Virus record (IMG/VR): IMGVR_UViG_3300023184_000037
Coordinates: 81,138 to 145,137 of that record
DNA length: 64,000 nt
Source: a virus
Strand: one strand, 5' to 3'
The notes under the pieces are model-generated. The model made no database searches, had not been told where the DNA came from, and worked only from the letters and a program-made list of their open reading frames with translations. Both the position numbers and the translations under genes were made by a program. This document shows, piece by piece, positions 8,677 through 17,798 of this stretch; position 1 is the stretch's first letter; every line of letters starts with the position of its first letter.

Positions 8677-9718
8677 TATTTACACAGTTTTAGATTCATT
8701 AAAGGGTAAGAAGATTGCAATTGATGATGTTGTAACTACTTATAGTTCAAAGAAGGCCAGCCATAAAAGTGCATGGGCTTTCTTATTAGCTAATCAATTA
8801 AGGTCCCTAGGACTGGATGCTGAAGTACTTACCAAGTCAGAAGATATTCACCAATATGATGTTTGGTTAGTAGCACTTCCAATGGAATTCCAAGGTTCTT
8901 ATAACCTATTTGGTGGAGCCACTGACGAACCAGCAGAAAGGATTAAAAGATTTTTAGATTTTGGTGGAACAATATATTGTTTGAATCGAGAAATGCCAGA
9001 TGTTGGAGCATTCGCGCAAAGTCGAATGAAATCATGTTCACCCTTATGGGCATCTCTTAATGTTGAAGCACTTACAAAGAAGAGTAAAGAAACCGAAACA
9101 ATTGAATTGAAATTGGCTTCCGGAACTTTTGTCTTAGGTGATTCCCATTCAGTTTCAGTATACCAACCGGGCGCAAATATTAGCCGAAATGATGGTAAAA
9201 CCCTATTTGGAGTTATGAAAGAGGGAATGACATCTTATATTCCTGAAGGAACTGACCATCTAATTACATACTTTGGAAACATTGATGTTCGTCATCACTT
9301 ATGCCGACAAGAAAAACCAGTCGACGCGGTTAAAGCCCTTGTAAAAAATTACTTTGAGCACTTACAATCACTAGGAATTCAAAAGAATACCGTTGTAAAA
9401 TTATTGCCTATCGAATTTGAAGGTCGCAGAATTCCAAAAACTGGGTACTATAAAGGTACTCCATTTATCGGAACTCAACGAGAACGCACTCAATTGATGG
9501 AAATATTTAACGAAGAGGTTGACAAACTCTCGGCTATATATAATATGAACGTAATCGAATGGCCGATTCATTGGTACTCAGCAGACCCACAATATTTTGC
9601 CGATACTTACATGGAGAAACCAGGTTCCGTTCACCTATCTAGAGAGTTTTACCAATATGATTTCGAGACGTCCGAAAAAAATGTTGTGCTAAAGAAAACT
9701 ATTAACACTCTTTTTTAA
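8669..9718 (+). CDS. Hybrid protein: beta-glucosyltransferase-like N-terminal domain plus SGNH-hydrolase-like domain
   Basis: KIAI...YDVWLV...SYNLFGG...IYCL; GDSH, GNID, SVHL; C-terminal INTLF. Confidence 0.5.
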   Translation: MVNIYTVLDSLKGKKIAIDDVVTTYSSKKASHKSAWAFLLANQLRSLGLDAEVLTKSEDIHQYDVWLVALPMEFQGSYNLFGGATDEPAERIKRFLDFGGTIYCLNREMPDVGAFAQSRMKSCSPLWASLNVEALTKKSKETETIELKLASGTFVLGDSHSVSVYQPGANISRNDGKTLFGVMKEGMTSYIPEGTDHLITYFGNIDVRHHLCRQEKPVDAVKALVKNYFEHLQSLGIQKNTVVKLLPIEFEGRRIPKTGYYKGTPFIGTQRERTQLMEIFNEEVDKLSAIYNMNVIEWPIHWYSADPQYFADTYMEKPGSVHLSREFYQYDFETSEKNVVLKKTINTLF

Positions 9719-9729
9719 AACAAAATAAT

Positions 9730-10314
9730 ATGAAAAACATTTTTTTAGATTGTGGAACCCATCTATGTGAAGGGTTACTAGAATTTCAGGCTAAAGGAGT
9801 TATTGATGATACATTTGAGATTCATACCTTTGAGGCAAATCCTGAATGTAAAATAGAAGAACGTGTAAAGAAAATACCCTTAAATATTACTCCACATAAT
9901 GTGGCAGTATGGATTGAGGACGGATTCGTATTGTTTAACCAAGAAAATCATAAAAAGAGTAATTGCGGTTCCCCGACTGATGGACAATCCGATATAGATG
10001 GATGGGCATCTTCGATTAATGGAATAGGATTTTACTGGCCAGGATATGAGACCCATGTCCAAGTTCCAAGTATTGATTTTAGCAAGTTTGTTTCTGAGCT
10101 ACCCAAAGATTCAAACATAATATGTAAAATGGATATTGAAGGTTCTGAATTCTCAGTCCTAAGAAAGATGATAGAAGAGGGTACAATTAGTAACATAAAG
10201 GAAATCTATATTGAGTTCCATGAAAGAGCTATGCCATCTGAATCTGTTGAATCCCGTCAAAAAATAGTTAATGACATTACAAACCTAGGTGTAGTAGTAC
10301 ATGAATGGTTTTAA
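9730..10314 (+). CDS. FkbM-family SAM-dependent methyltransferase
   Basis: FLDCGTH, FEANP, KMDIEGSE, IEFH. Confidence 0.85.
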   Translation: MKNIFLDCGTHLCEGLLEFQAKGVIDDTFEIHTFEANPECKIEERVKKIPLNITPHNVAVWIEDGFVLFNQENHKKSNCGSPTDGQSDIDGWASSINGIGFYWPGYETHVQVPSIDFSKFVSELPKDSNIICKMDIEGSEFSVLRKMIEEGTISNIKEIYIEFHERAMPSESVESRQKIVNDITNLGVVVHEWF

Positions 10315-10370
10315 TTTGAAACTTTTTAAATAAAACTAGTATAAAAATTATAAATTAAATTTTAAGAAAA

Positions 10371-11558
10371 ATGAACAAAATTAAAGTAGGAATTATCGGA
10401 ACAGGAAATTGCGCTAAATCATTAGTTGAAGGTGTACAATATTACACTGAAAATCCAAATGATATTACCGGAATGATGAAGTCCGATATTGGAGGTTACA
10501 AAGCAGAAAACATCGAGTTTGTATGTGGATTCGAAATTGATGAACGTAAAGTTAATCAAACATTAGGATACGCTCTTAAACAAAGACCAAACTCTGCATG
10601 GGATATTGTTGACGTAATTCATTCTGAGGCTCCAGTTTATGAGGCTCCAGTTATTGATGGTTATGCAGCCCTTATGGATAACTATCCAGAACAAAATCGT
10701 TTCTTAGTTGACGAAAAACTAAGAAATTCTACGGACATGAATCGTACTGATTGGACTCCAAAAAAATCACGTGAATGGAAAGACTCAATCATTGCTAAAT
10801 TAAAAGAGCATGGTGTTGAAGTACTTATTAACTACTTACCAGTAGGTTCACAAAAAACAACTGAATTCTGGGCTGAAATTTGCCTTGAAACAGGAATCTC
10901 TTTAGTAAACTGTATTCCAGTTTTTATCGCATCTGACCCAGCTTGGGAGCAAAGATTTATCGATGCTGGAATTCCAATTATCGGAGATGATATGCGTTCT
11001 CAATTTGGAGCAAGTATCCTTTCTCAAATGTTACAAGAACTTGCCTTTGAAAGAGGACATCATGTAAAAGCGCACATCCAAAGAAATGTTGGAGGTAACA
11101 CAGATTTCTTAAACATGGAAGACAAATCTCGTCTAGCATCTAAAAAGATTTCTAAAGAAAACGTAATTCGTGCCCAAAACGAAATTAGAGGAATCTCAAC
11201 TGAAGATTCATTCTTACACGCTGGTCCTTCTGAGTATATTGCATTTTATGGCGATAACAAAGTTGCTAACTTCCGTTTAGAACTTACAGGATTCGGTGGA
11301 GCACCAGTTCTTTTTGATGCTCAATTAAGTGTACAAGACTCTCCAAACTCAGCTGGAGTAGTAATCGATGCAGTTCGTTATTTAAGAGTTGCAAGAGAAT
11401 TAGGAGTTGTAGGAGCATTAAGAGGTCCTTCAGCGTTTACTCAAAAAACCCCACCAGATCAAATGATGTTTGCTGATGCTGTTTATGAGTGTACTGAATT
11501 GGCTGCAAGACGCTTAACAGATTCTACAAGAAAACAGTTAGTTGCTAAAAAAGCCTAA
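10371..11558 (+). CDS. ino1: Myo-inositol-1-phosphate synthase
   Basis: GTGNCAKSLVEG, NYLPVGS, GDDMRSQFGA, GGNTDFLNM, SKKISK, DSPNSAG. Confidence 0.95.
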   Translation: MNKIKVGIIGTGNCAKSLVEGVQYYTENPNDITGMMKSDIGGYKAENIEFVCGFEIDERKVNQTLGYALKQRPNSAWDIVDVIHSEAPVYEAPVIDGYAALMDNYPEQNRFLVDEKLRNSTDMNRTDWTPKKSREWKDSIIAKLKEHGVEVLINYLPVGSQKTTEFWAEICLETGISLVNCIPVFIASDPAWEQRFIDAGIPIIGDDMRSQFGASILSQMLQELAFERGHHVKAHIQRNVGGNTDFLNMEDKSRLASKKISKENVIRAQNEIRGISTEDSFLHAGPSEYIAFYGDNKVANFRLELTGFGGAPVLFDAQLSVQDSPNSAGVVIDAVRYLRVARELGVVGALRGPSAFTQKTPPDQMMFADAVYECTELAARRLTDSTRKQLVAKKA

Positions 11559-11573
11559 CAATCCAATTAACCC

Positions 11574-11603
11574 AAAGGGGAGAGAATAACTCTCCCTTTT
11601 TTT
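11574..11603 (+). terminator. Intrinsic terminator
   Basis: GGGAGAG/CTCTCCC hairpin plus T run. Confidence 0.7.
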
Positions 11604-11618
11604 ATCAAAACTTTACGC

Positions 11619-12017
11619 ATGTTAAACATATTTAAAACCAAAAAACCAGTCGATATCTATGGATACGATTTTGATGGAGTAATTTCAATTGGAATAACTC
11701 CAAGAGCAACCACAGATTTTGTTATTACCGGAAGATGTATTGACGAACAAGACGAAATCCGTGCAATCCTTAAAGAGAGAGGAATTAAATGCAAAGTGTA
11801 TTTTAATCCAATGACTCTTGAAGAACGTGGAAACCATACAGTTGCAGCTAGAAGGCATTCTGGAAATCACAAAGCAAAAACCCTTAATCGTTTAAAAGAT
11901 GAAGGTGTTATTGTTTCACGTTTTTTTGAAGATGACCCAATCCAATACCAAATTATCCAGGAAAACTGTCCTGATGTTGAATTGGTTAACATTGTATCAA
12001 AATTAGTACAGAAATAA
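11619..12017 (+). CDS. Capless HAD-superfamily phosphatase
   Basis: Motif I DFDGV, II ITGR, III K (NHKA), IV FEDD. Confidence 0.85.
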   Translation: MLNIFKTKKPVDIYGYDFDGVISIGITPRATTDFVITGRCIDEQDEIRAILKERGIKCKVYFNPMTLEERGNHTVAARRHSGNHKAKTLNRLKDEGVIVSRFFEDDPIQYQIIQENCPDVELVNIVSKLVQK

Positions 12018-12018
12018 G

Positions 12019-12720
12019 ATGAGTAGGGTTAAACTTCCTGAGTTTCCAATTTCTAAGTTAGAAAAAACTCGTCTTAAAAAGAAATACGTAAAAATATTGG
12101 GTGCAACCGAAGGTGTTGACGATAGTATGATTGGCGAAAGTATTGCTAATTACTTAATTCCTGAAATTGATTATAGGGGAATGGTTTGCCTTGACCTTGG
12201 AGCCAACATTGGAGCTTTTACTCAAATTGCGCTGGATGCCGGAGCAAGTAAAGTTTGTACTGTTGAATGCGATGCCAGAAACTTTGCAAAACTCGAGTCA
12301 ACTTATAAAAATGATGATTACGTTGATTTGGTTTATGCTGCCGTTTCCGGATTGCCTAATAAAACCTTAAAAATATTTAAGTCTGCTAGTCAAAACGCAC
12401 ATTGCTCAACATCAATTGAGAGCAAAATGAAGTTCAGCGAATATGATGAGGTCGAAAACATACACCTAAAAAAGTTACTAAAGAAATACAACCCAGATAT
12501 TATCAAGATTGATATTGAATCTGCCGAGTATACCCTAATCGATACTTTATTAGATTATGAACCTAAATATTTATTTATTGAATTACACGCAGGAAAACAT
12601 AGGGCTGAAATGTATCAAGTACTGGAAAGATTAGAGTCGATTTATCCGCATTCAAGAGTGGTTCCATTGATTATATTTACCGACAATTTGATAGCGCACG
12701 ACTGCTTCTTTAAAAAATAA
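12019..12720 (+). CDS. FkbM-family SAM-dependent methyltransferase
   Basis: LDLGANIGAF, VECD, KIDIESAE, IELH. Confidence 0.85.
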   Translation: MSRVKLPEFPISKLEKTRLKKKYVKILGATEGVDDSMIGESIANYLIPEIDYRGMVCLDLGANIGAFTQIALDAGASKVCTVECDARNFAKLESTYKNDDYVDLVYAAVSGLPNKTLKIFKSASQNAHCSTSIESKMKFSEYDEVENIHLKKLLKKYNPDIIKIDIESAEYTLIDTLLDYEPKYLFIELHAGKHRAEMYQVLERLESIYPHSRVVPLIIFTDNLIAHDCFFKK

Positions 12721-12728
12721 AATATAAA

Positions 12729-13916
12729 ATGACTTCAAATAAACAACTGCTTGAGATGGATTCTCAAGCACTGTTGGATTTAATACCAACAGAAAAAAGA
12801 CAATTGATCCGAGATTTTGTTCATGAAATGAATCGAAGAGAATATGAGGTTCGTTTTGCAAAAACATGTACCTTTGATACTTTTAGACACAGAGAGGGTA
12901 CTGGAGAGAACATCTTTGGCCATGGATTTATAGTAGAGGGACGTTCAGTTCCATACTTCCACCCAAACCGTTCATTCCACGATGAGATTATTTGGTTAAA
13001 TGAAAATGTGTTCTACAATCCAGAATGTACTTTTGAAGACCGATTAATTAATGCAGCAATTGTAAAGTTCTATGGTCCGTCGAATACAATTAGTCTATTA
13101 ACACACGACACTGGATTTCCATTCGTTAAATATGACCGATTGGTTAACGACGAGAAGTACGTTCTGCAGTGTATGGTTAATATGGAGAATGCAAGAAGGC
13201 GTGGTGAAAAGATTTATGGTACTACAGAATTACGAACAAGTCTACAGACCGAATCGAGAAATCATGCAAGGGTTCTTAAAACTCCTTATGATGTATTAAT
13301 TGGTGCCGAACCGGATCCAACCAGACAGAGTCGAACAAGTGATATGTTTTTTTGGTTTACCCTACTAGGTCCACGTTTTGCAGAATTCTATGCCAAAAAA
13401 CCGACGATGGAAGAGTCGTTTAACTTTTTAACATCACATCGAGGAATTGGAAACTATTATGGTTACCATTTTAGTACCAACCTTGCCCGAATGCCAGAAA
13501 TCGGAACGCCAGACCTATTGCGACCAGGCAGCCTATCTGGAAATCTTAACGAAGACGATGACTTTGTTGCACCTGGAGTTGGAGCGATGACCACAATCAA
13601 CTGGTTCTATGAACACTTAGGTTTTTCAATCTCGTCAGAAGTAGGAGCCAAGGTTATCAGACAAATCAGGGACACTCAACATGAATTCTTTGATTTTACT
13701 GGAGAAAATCTTGACTATTTAGAAACAATCACTGAGACCGGAAGATTTACAACGTTTGGTACAGAAATTAGTTGTTGTCAGTTTGGTGTATTTTTACGAT
13801 TGAGAGATAGTAAAAAGATGGCCCTAAACCGAGCAAATGCTCCAATTTCTAAAGAACAAATTGGTGAATCATGCGAAGTAGATGAACCAACATTTAAAAG
13901 TTCATGTTTATTTTAA
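12729..13916 (+). CDS. aGPT-Pplase1 / amino acid:DNA transferase-like base hypermodification enzyme (HhH-glycosylase fold)
   Basis: GIGNYYGYH..NL, EDDDFVAPGVGA and terminal EISCCQF match the GxG.F...D..ENDF..PGPGA...E..LCE(F/Y) pattern; C-terminal SCLF. Confidence 0.7.
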   Translation: MTSNKQLLEMDSQALLDLIPTEKRQLIRDFVHEMNRREYEVRFAKTCTFDTFRHREGTGENIFGHGFIVEGRSVPYFHPNRSFHDEIIWLNENVFYNPECTFEDRLINAAIVKFYGPSNTISLLTHDTGFPFVKYDRLVNDEKYVLQCMVNMENARRRGEKIYGTTELRTSLQTESRNHARVLKTPYDVLIGAEPDPTRQSRTSDMFFWFTLLGPRFAEFYAKKPTMEESFNFLTSHRGIGNYYGYHFSTNLARMPEIGTPDLLRPGSLSGNLNEDDDFVAPGVGAMTTINWFYEHLGFSISSEVGAKVIRQIRDTQHEFFDFTGENLDYLETITETGRFTTFGTEISCCQFGVFLRLRDSKKMALNRANAPISKEQIGESCEVDEPTFKSSCLF

Positions 13917-13958
13917 ACAAGTTCAAAATTACCTATAAAACTATTATATAAAAAACTT

Positions 13959-14426
13959 ATGGCAAATATAGACAATCAATGTAAAGACCTGGAAGTTAAA
14001 GACTTCTATTCAGATTCGACCACCCACCTGGCGGATATTATGGAAAACCAAAAGAAAATGCAGGAGCAGACTTATGGCTTTAATTTTGAAAATATGTCAA
14101 TTAGAGAAATTATGAACTTCTGGCATGTTAATACACATGCAGTAGTTGATGAAATTCACGAGATGACAGATGCCCTTGGAGGTATTAAAGATGGTAGTGG
14201 AAATGCAGTTTGGAAATACTGGAAAAAAGACTTTTCAAAGTATGAAACTATGAAAATTAGCGATCTATCTGAAGAGGACAAAAAAGAACTTTATATGGAA
14301 TGGGTAGACATACTACACTTCTTTATAAATTATGCGTCTTCAATCGGATTAGATGCAAAAACAGCTTACAATTATTACTTCGCGAAAGCAGAAGAAAATG
14401 TCGCAAGACAACAACGAGGGTATTAA
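13959..14426 (+). CDS. Dimeric all-alpha dUTPase/dCTPase (T4 gp56-like)
   Basis: DEIHE, WKYWK, EWVDILHF, KAEENVARQQRGY. Confidence 0.85.
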   Translation: MANIDNQCKDLEVKDFYSDSTTHLADIMENQKKMQEQTYGFNFENMSIREIMNFWHVNTHAVVDEIHEMTDALGGIKDGSGNAVWKYWKKDFSKYETMKISDLSEEDKKELYMEWVDILHFFINYASSIGLDAKTAYNYYFAKAEENVARQQRGY

Positions 14427-14469
14427 ATAAAAGATGTAAATGTTTTCATTTACCTTTGATATATAATAT

Positions 14470-15339
14470 ATGAAAGCATTTATATATCAATGGACTAATA
14501 ATCTAAACGGAAAGAAATACATCGGATCACACATTGGAGAGCCTGAAGACGGTTATGCCGGTTCAGGCTCTTATTTTAAGAAAGCATTTAATAAATATAA
14601 AGATTTTTTTACTAGAGAAATTTTAGAAACTATAGATGGAGAAAATGTCTATGATAGAATTAAAATACTCGAAGAATCATATTTACAAAAAGTAGATGCT
14701 GCTAATAATTCCAATTATTATAATATCACAAATTCATATTATGGCGGTAATGTATATCAAGGGTTATCAATAGATGATAAAAAGAAAATGATAGAAGGTC
14801 GGACCAATGCCGCAAAAAATGATAGATTAAAAAATCCTCAAAAATATGAAGACATTGCTAAAAAGAAAAGTGCAATTCAAAGAGAAAAAGGTAAAGACGT
14901 TTATCAATTTACAAAAGATGGACAATTTATTGCAAAATATTCATGTTTAGAAGAAGCACATAAAATAACTAATATATCAAAAGGAAATTTACATTGCGCG
15001 CTTAATGCTAGCAGAAATTTTGCAAGTGGATTTAGATGGTCTTATAAAAATATACCAAATGATTTAATTCCACCTAAAAAACGTAATCATAAAAGTACTG
15101 GAAAGCAAAAGAATCCATCTAAACATATCAATATTATATATGTTCAAATAATTCAATGTGATTTAAAAGGAAATGAAATTCACACATGGAATAATAAAAA
15201 TGAAATTCAAGAACATTTAGGTATTAGTGCACAAATGATTAATCATGCGATAAATGGTAGAGGTAAAAATAATACCGGAGAATATAAAGGATTTATATGG
15301 AAAAAAGGTAAACAAATTAAAACGACAAAATATAATTAA
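14470..15339 (+). mobile_element. Free-standing GIY-YIG homing endonuclease (Seg-like) with NUMOD1 DNA-binding modules
   Basis: FIYQWTN..NGKKYIGSH, YAGSG, YYNI; VYQFTKDGQFI and IQCDLKGNEI modules. Confidence 0.9.
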
Positions 15340-15363
15340 CATGAACTTAAAAAACAATTATTA

Positions 15364-16761
15364 ATGATTTTAGACATCGAACAGCGTGAAAAAGATGTTA
15401 TCATTTCATACTACAATGACAAAGGAGAAGTAGCATTCAAACAATACCCAGTGGATAAATTCCAAAATTGGTATGTTTGTGATGACAAAGACAAAGCGGC
15501 CAGTCCAGAGTATAAAAACTGGGATGGCCGTCCTGTTAAACTAGGATATGGAAAACAATTCAATAAGTTTTCCATTCTTTATTTTTTAGATAATCTTTCA
15601 GAGAAAGACAAAAAAGATTTAACAGCATATAATATGCCAAAAACTTATTTTGTCGATATTGAAACTGAAATTGTTGACGGCTTTCCAAAAGCCGAAGAGG
15701 CCAAAAGTAGAATTCTTTCATTCTCAATAATTACTCCAGACCGTAAAGCAATCGTTTTAGGTTTAGAGGATATGGCATCGGATAAAATCCAAAAGATTCA
15801 AGACGATACCAATGAGTACTTTAAAGATTTTGATATGGACTGGGAATTTAAGTACCATAAGTTTAAATCAGAGTATGACATGGTGTACACATTCTTAATG
15901 AAATTCTTACCAAAGTTTCCAATGATGACTGGATGGAATTTTATTAACTATGACTGGCAATATATTGTTAATCGATGCAAAAGACTTCAAATCGACATCA
16001 AAGAAATTGGTATGACAAATTCAATCGATCATACTGATGGCCGACCTCTTCATATCGGAATTCTTGACTACATGCAATTGTATGACAAATATGACCGAAC
16101 TGTAAAAGTTAAAGAATCCAACTCTTTGGATTATGTTTCTAGTCAAGTCTTGAACGTGAACAAAATCAAGTTCACTGGCTCACTACAGGACTTATACCGA
16201 GATAACTTTGTCAAGTACATATATTACAATGTGGTCGATTCAGTGCTTGTATACTACATTGACCAGAAGTTGAAGTCGATGGAGGTACTATTAACCTTGG
16301 CAAACATTACAAATATGCCATTGTATAAAGCAAGTTCTCCAGTGGCAGTTACTGAGGCGATTATGGCCAGAAAACTTGCCGAGCAAGGAATGCGAATTGG
16401 AAGCGAAGAGAAAAATGATAGTCAAAAAGATGGACAATATGCTGGAGCATTTGTAAAAGAACCAATCCTTGGATTCTATGAAGGTGTAAGTGCATTTGAC
16501 TTTGCGTCACTATATCCTTCGATCATGAGACAGTTCAATATATCTCCAGATGCATACATCGAAAAGATTTATAAAAGTGAAATTGAAGAACGTAGAAAAA
16601 ATAAAGAGGTTATTGTTTGTGATAATGGTGTAGTATATAAGACCGAAGATTCAATCTTAAGAAAAATATTAAGTGACCTATATGCGCAGCGTAAAGATTA
16701 TAAAAAAACTTCTTATGAATATTTCACAAAAGCTGACCGGTTGAAAAAACTGCTCCAATAA
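15364..16761 (+). CDS. gp43A: Family B DNA polymerase, N-terminal part (3'-5' exonuclease plus motif A)
   Basis: DIETE, GWNFINYD, YNVVD, YAGAFV, DFASLYPSIM; ends in the fingers domain. Confidence 0.9.
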   Translation: MILDIEQREKDVIISYYNDKGEVAFKQYPVDKFQNWYVCDDKDKAASPEYKNWDGRPVKLGYGKQFNKFSILYFLDNLSEKDKKDLTAYNMPKTYFVDIETEIVDGFPKAEEAKSRILSFSIITPDRKAIVLGLEDMASDKIQKIQDDTNEYFKDFDMDWEFKYHKFKSEYDMVYTFLMKFLPKFPMMTGWNFINYDWQYIVNRCKRLQIDIKEIGMTNSIDHTDGRPLHIGILDYMQLYDKYDRTVKVKESNSLDYVSSQVLNVNKIKFTGSLQDLYRDNFVKYIYYNVVDSVLVYYIDQKLKSMEVLLTLANITNMPLYKASSPVAVTEAIMARKLAEQGMRIGSEEKNDSQKDGQYAGAFVKEPILGFYEGVSAFDFASLYPSIMRQFNISPDAYIEKIYKSEIEERRKNKEVIVCDNGVVYKTEDSILRKILSDLYAQRKDYKKTSYEYFTKADRLKKLLQ

Positions 16762-16797
16762 AACTTATATATAAATTTCTAAAATAAATTATCACCA

Positions 16798-17775
16798 ATG
16801 AGCAATATCTTCGAAAAACGAGTAAATATTTTACCCTACGAATACCCTTCTCTATTAGCATATAAAGACGCGATCCGACATTCATATTGGATTCACACAG
16901 AATTTAACTTCACAACAGATATTGATGACTTTATGACTAAAGTATCTGACGCAGAACGTGAAGTAATTAAAAGAGCGATGCTTGCGATTGCACAAATCGA
17001 AGTAAACGTTAAAACTTTTTGGGCAGACCTTTACAAAAGAATGCCGATCACTGAAATTGGAGATGTTGGTATGACATTTGCAGAGTCGGAAGTTAGACAC
17101 AAAGATGCTTACGCACAATTATTAAGAATCCTTGGATTAGAAGACGAATTCCAACATGTAGTAGAGATTCCAGCAATTAAAGATAGAATTGCATACTTGA
17201 CAAAGTATTTGGATGGTACAAGAAGTAAGGACAATAAAATGTATACGAAATCCGTATTGTTATTTTCATTGTTTATTGAGCATGTTAGTTTATTTAGTCA
17301 ATTCTTTATTATGATGTCTTTCAACAAGGAGAAAAACTTATTTAAAGGTATTTCGAATGTAGTTGAAGCAACGAGTAAAGAGGAGGAAATCCATGGAAAC
17401 TTCGGATCTGAATTGATTAACATTATTAAGAAAGAAAACCCAGACTGGTTTGATGAGGAATTCGAACAACTTATAGATTCTGCTTGTAAAAAAGCGTACC
17501 TAGCAGAGGTTAAAATTCTTGATTGGATTTTTGAAAAGGGTGAACTTGATTTCCTATCAAAAGAAACTATCAAACAATTTATTCAAAATCGTTTTAATAA
17601 TTCTCTACAACGAATTGGAATGAAACCCGTATTTGAAGTTGATTTTACAGAAATTGAAAAATCTTTATGGTTTGACGTTGAGATTCTTTCAACTAAAGAA
17701 GGTGATTTCTTCTACAAAAAATCGATTGACTACAACAAAAAGTCTAAGGCAATCACCGAAGACGACTTATTTTAA
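16798..17775 (+). CDS. nrdB: Ribonucleotide reductase class I beta subunit
   Basis: W..TE, ESEVRHKDAY, IEHVSLFSQF, EEEIH, DFF. Confidence 0.95.
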   Translation: MSNIFEKRVNILPYEYPSLLAYKDAIRHSYWIHTEFNFTTDIDDFMTKVSDAEREVIKRAMLAIAQIEVNVKTFWADLYKRMPITEIGDVGMTFAESEVRHKDAYAQLLRILGLEDEFQHVVEIPAIKDRIAYLTKYLDGTRSKDNKMYTKSVLLFSLFIEHVSLFSQFFIMMSFNKEKNLFKGISNVVEATSKEEEIHGNFGSELINIIKKENPDWFDEEFEQLIDSACKKAYLAEVKILDWIFEKGELDFLSKETIKQFIQNRFNNSLQRIGMKPVFEVDFTEIEKSLWFDVEILSTKEGDFFYKKSIDYNKKSKAITEDDLF

Positions 17776-17798
17776 ATTTTAAAAACAAAGAATTCAGA

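Noticed and set aside
9730-12720. FkbM + ino1 + HAD as a host surface or lipid modification module
   Set aside because: Not excluded but disfavoured: no CDP-alcohol phosphotransferase, conventional glycosyltransferase or membrane protein in the cluster, whereas a DNA base transferase, a dNTPase and clamp-type tails are present.
13914-13939. Middle promoter upstream of the dUTPase (TAAAC...TATAAA)
   Set aside because: The spacer is 15 nt rather than 17 and the region is very AT-rich, so it may be chance.
14427-15363. Group I intron hosting the GIY-YIG endonuclease
   Set aside because: Flanking genes are complete and the spacers (43 and 24 nt) are too short for an intron core; it is free-standing.
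17755-17775. NrdB C-terminus EDDLF as another clamp-binding LF motif
   Set aside because: Acidic-aromatic C-termini are the standard NrdB peptide that binds NrdA.
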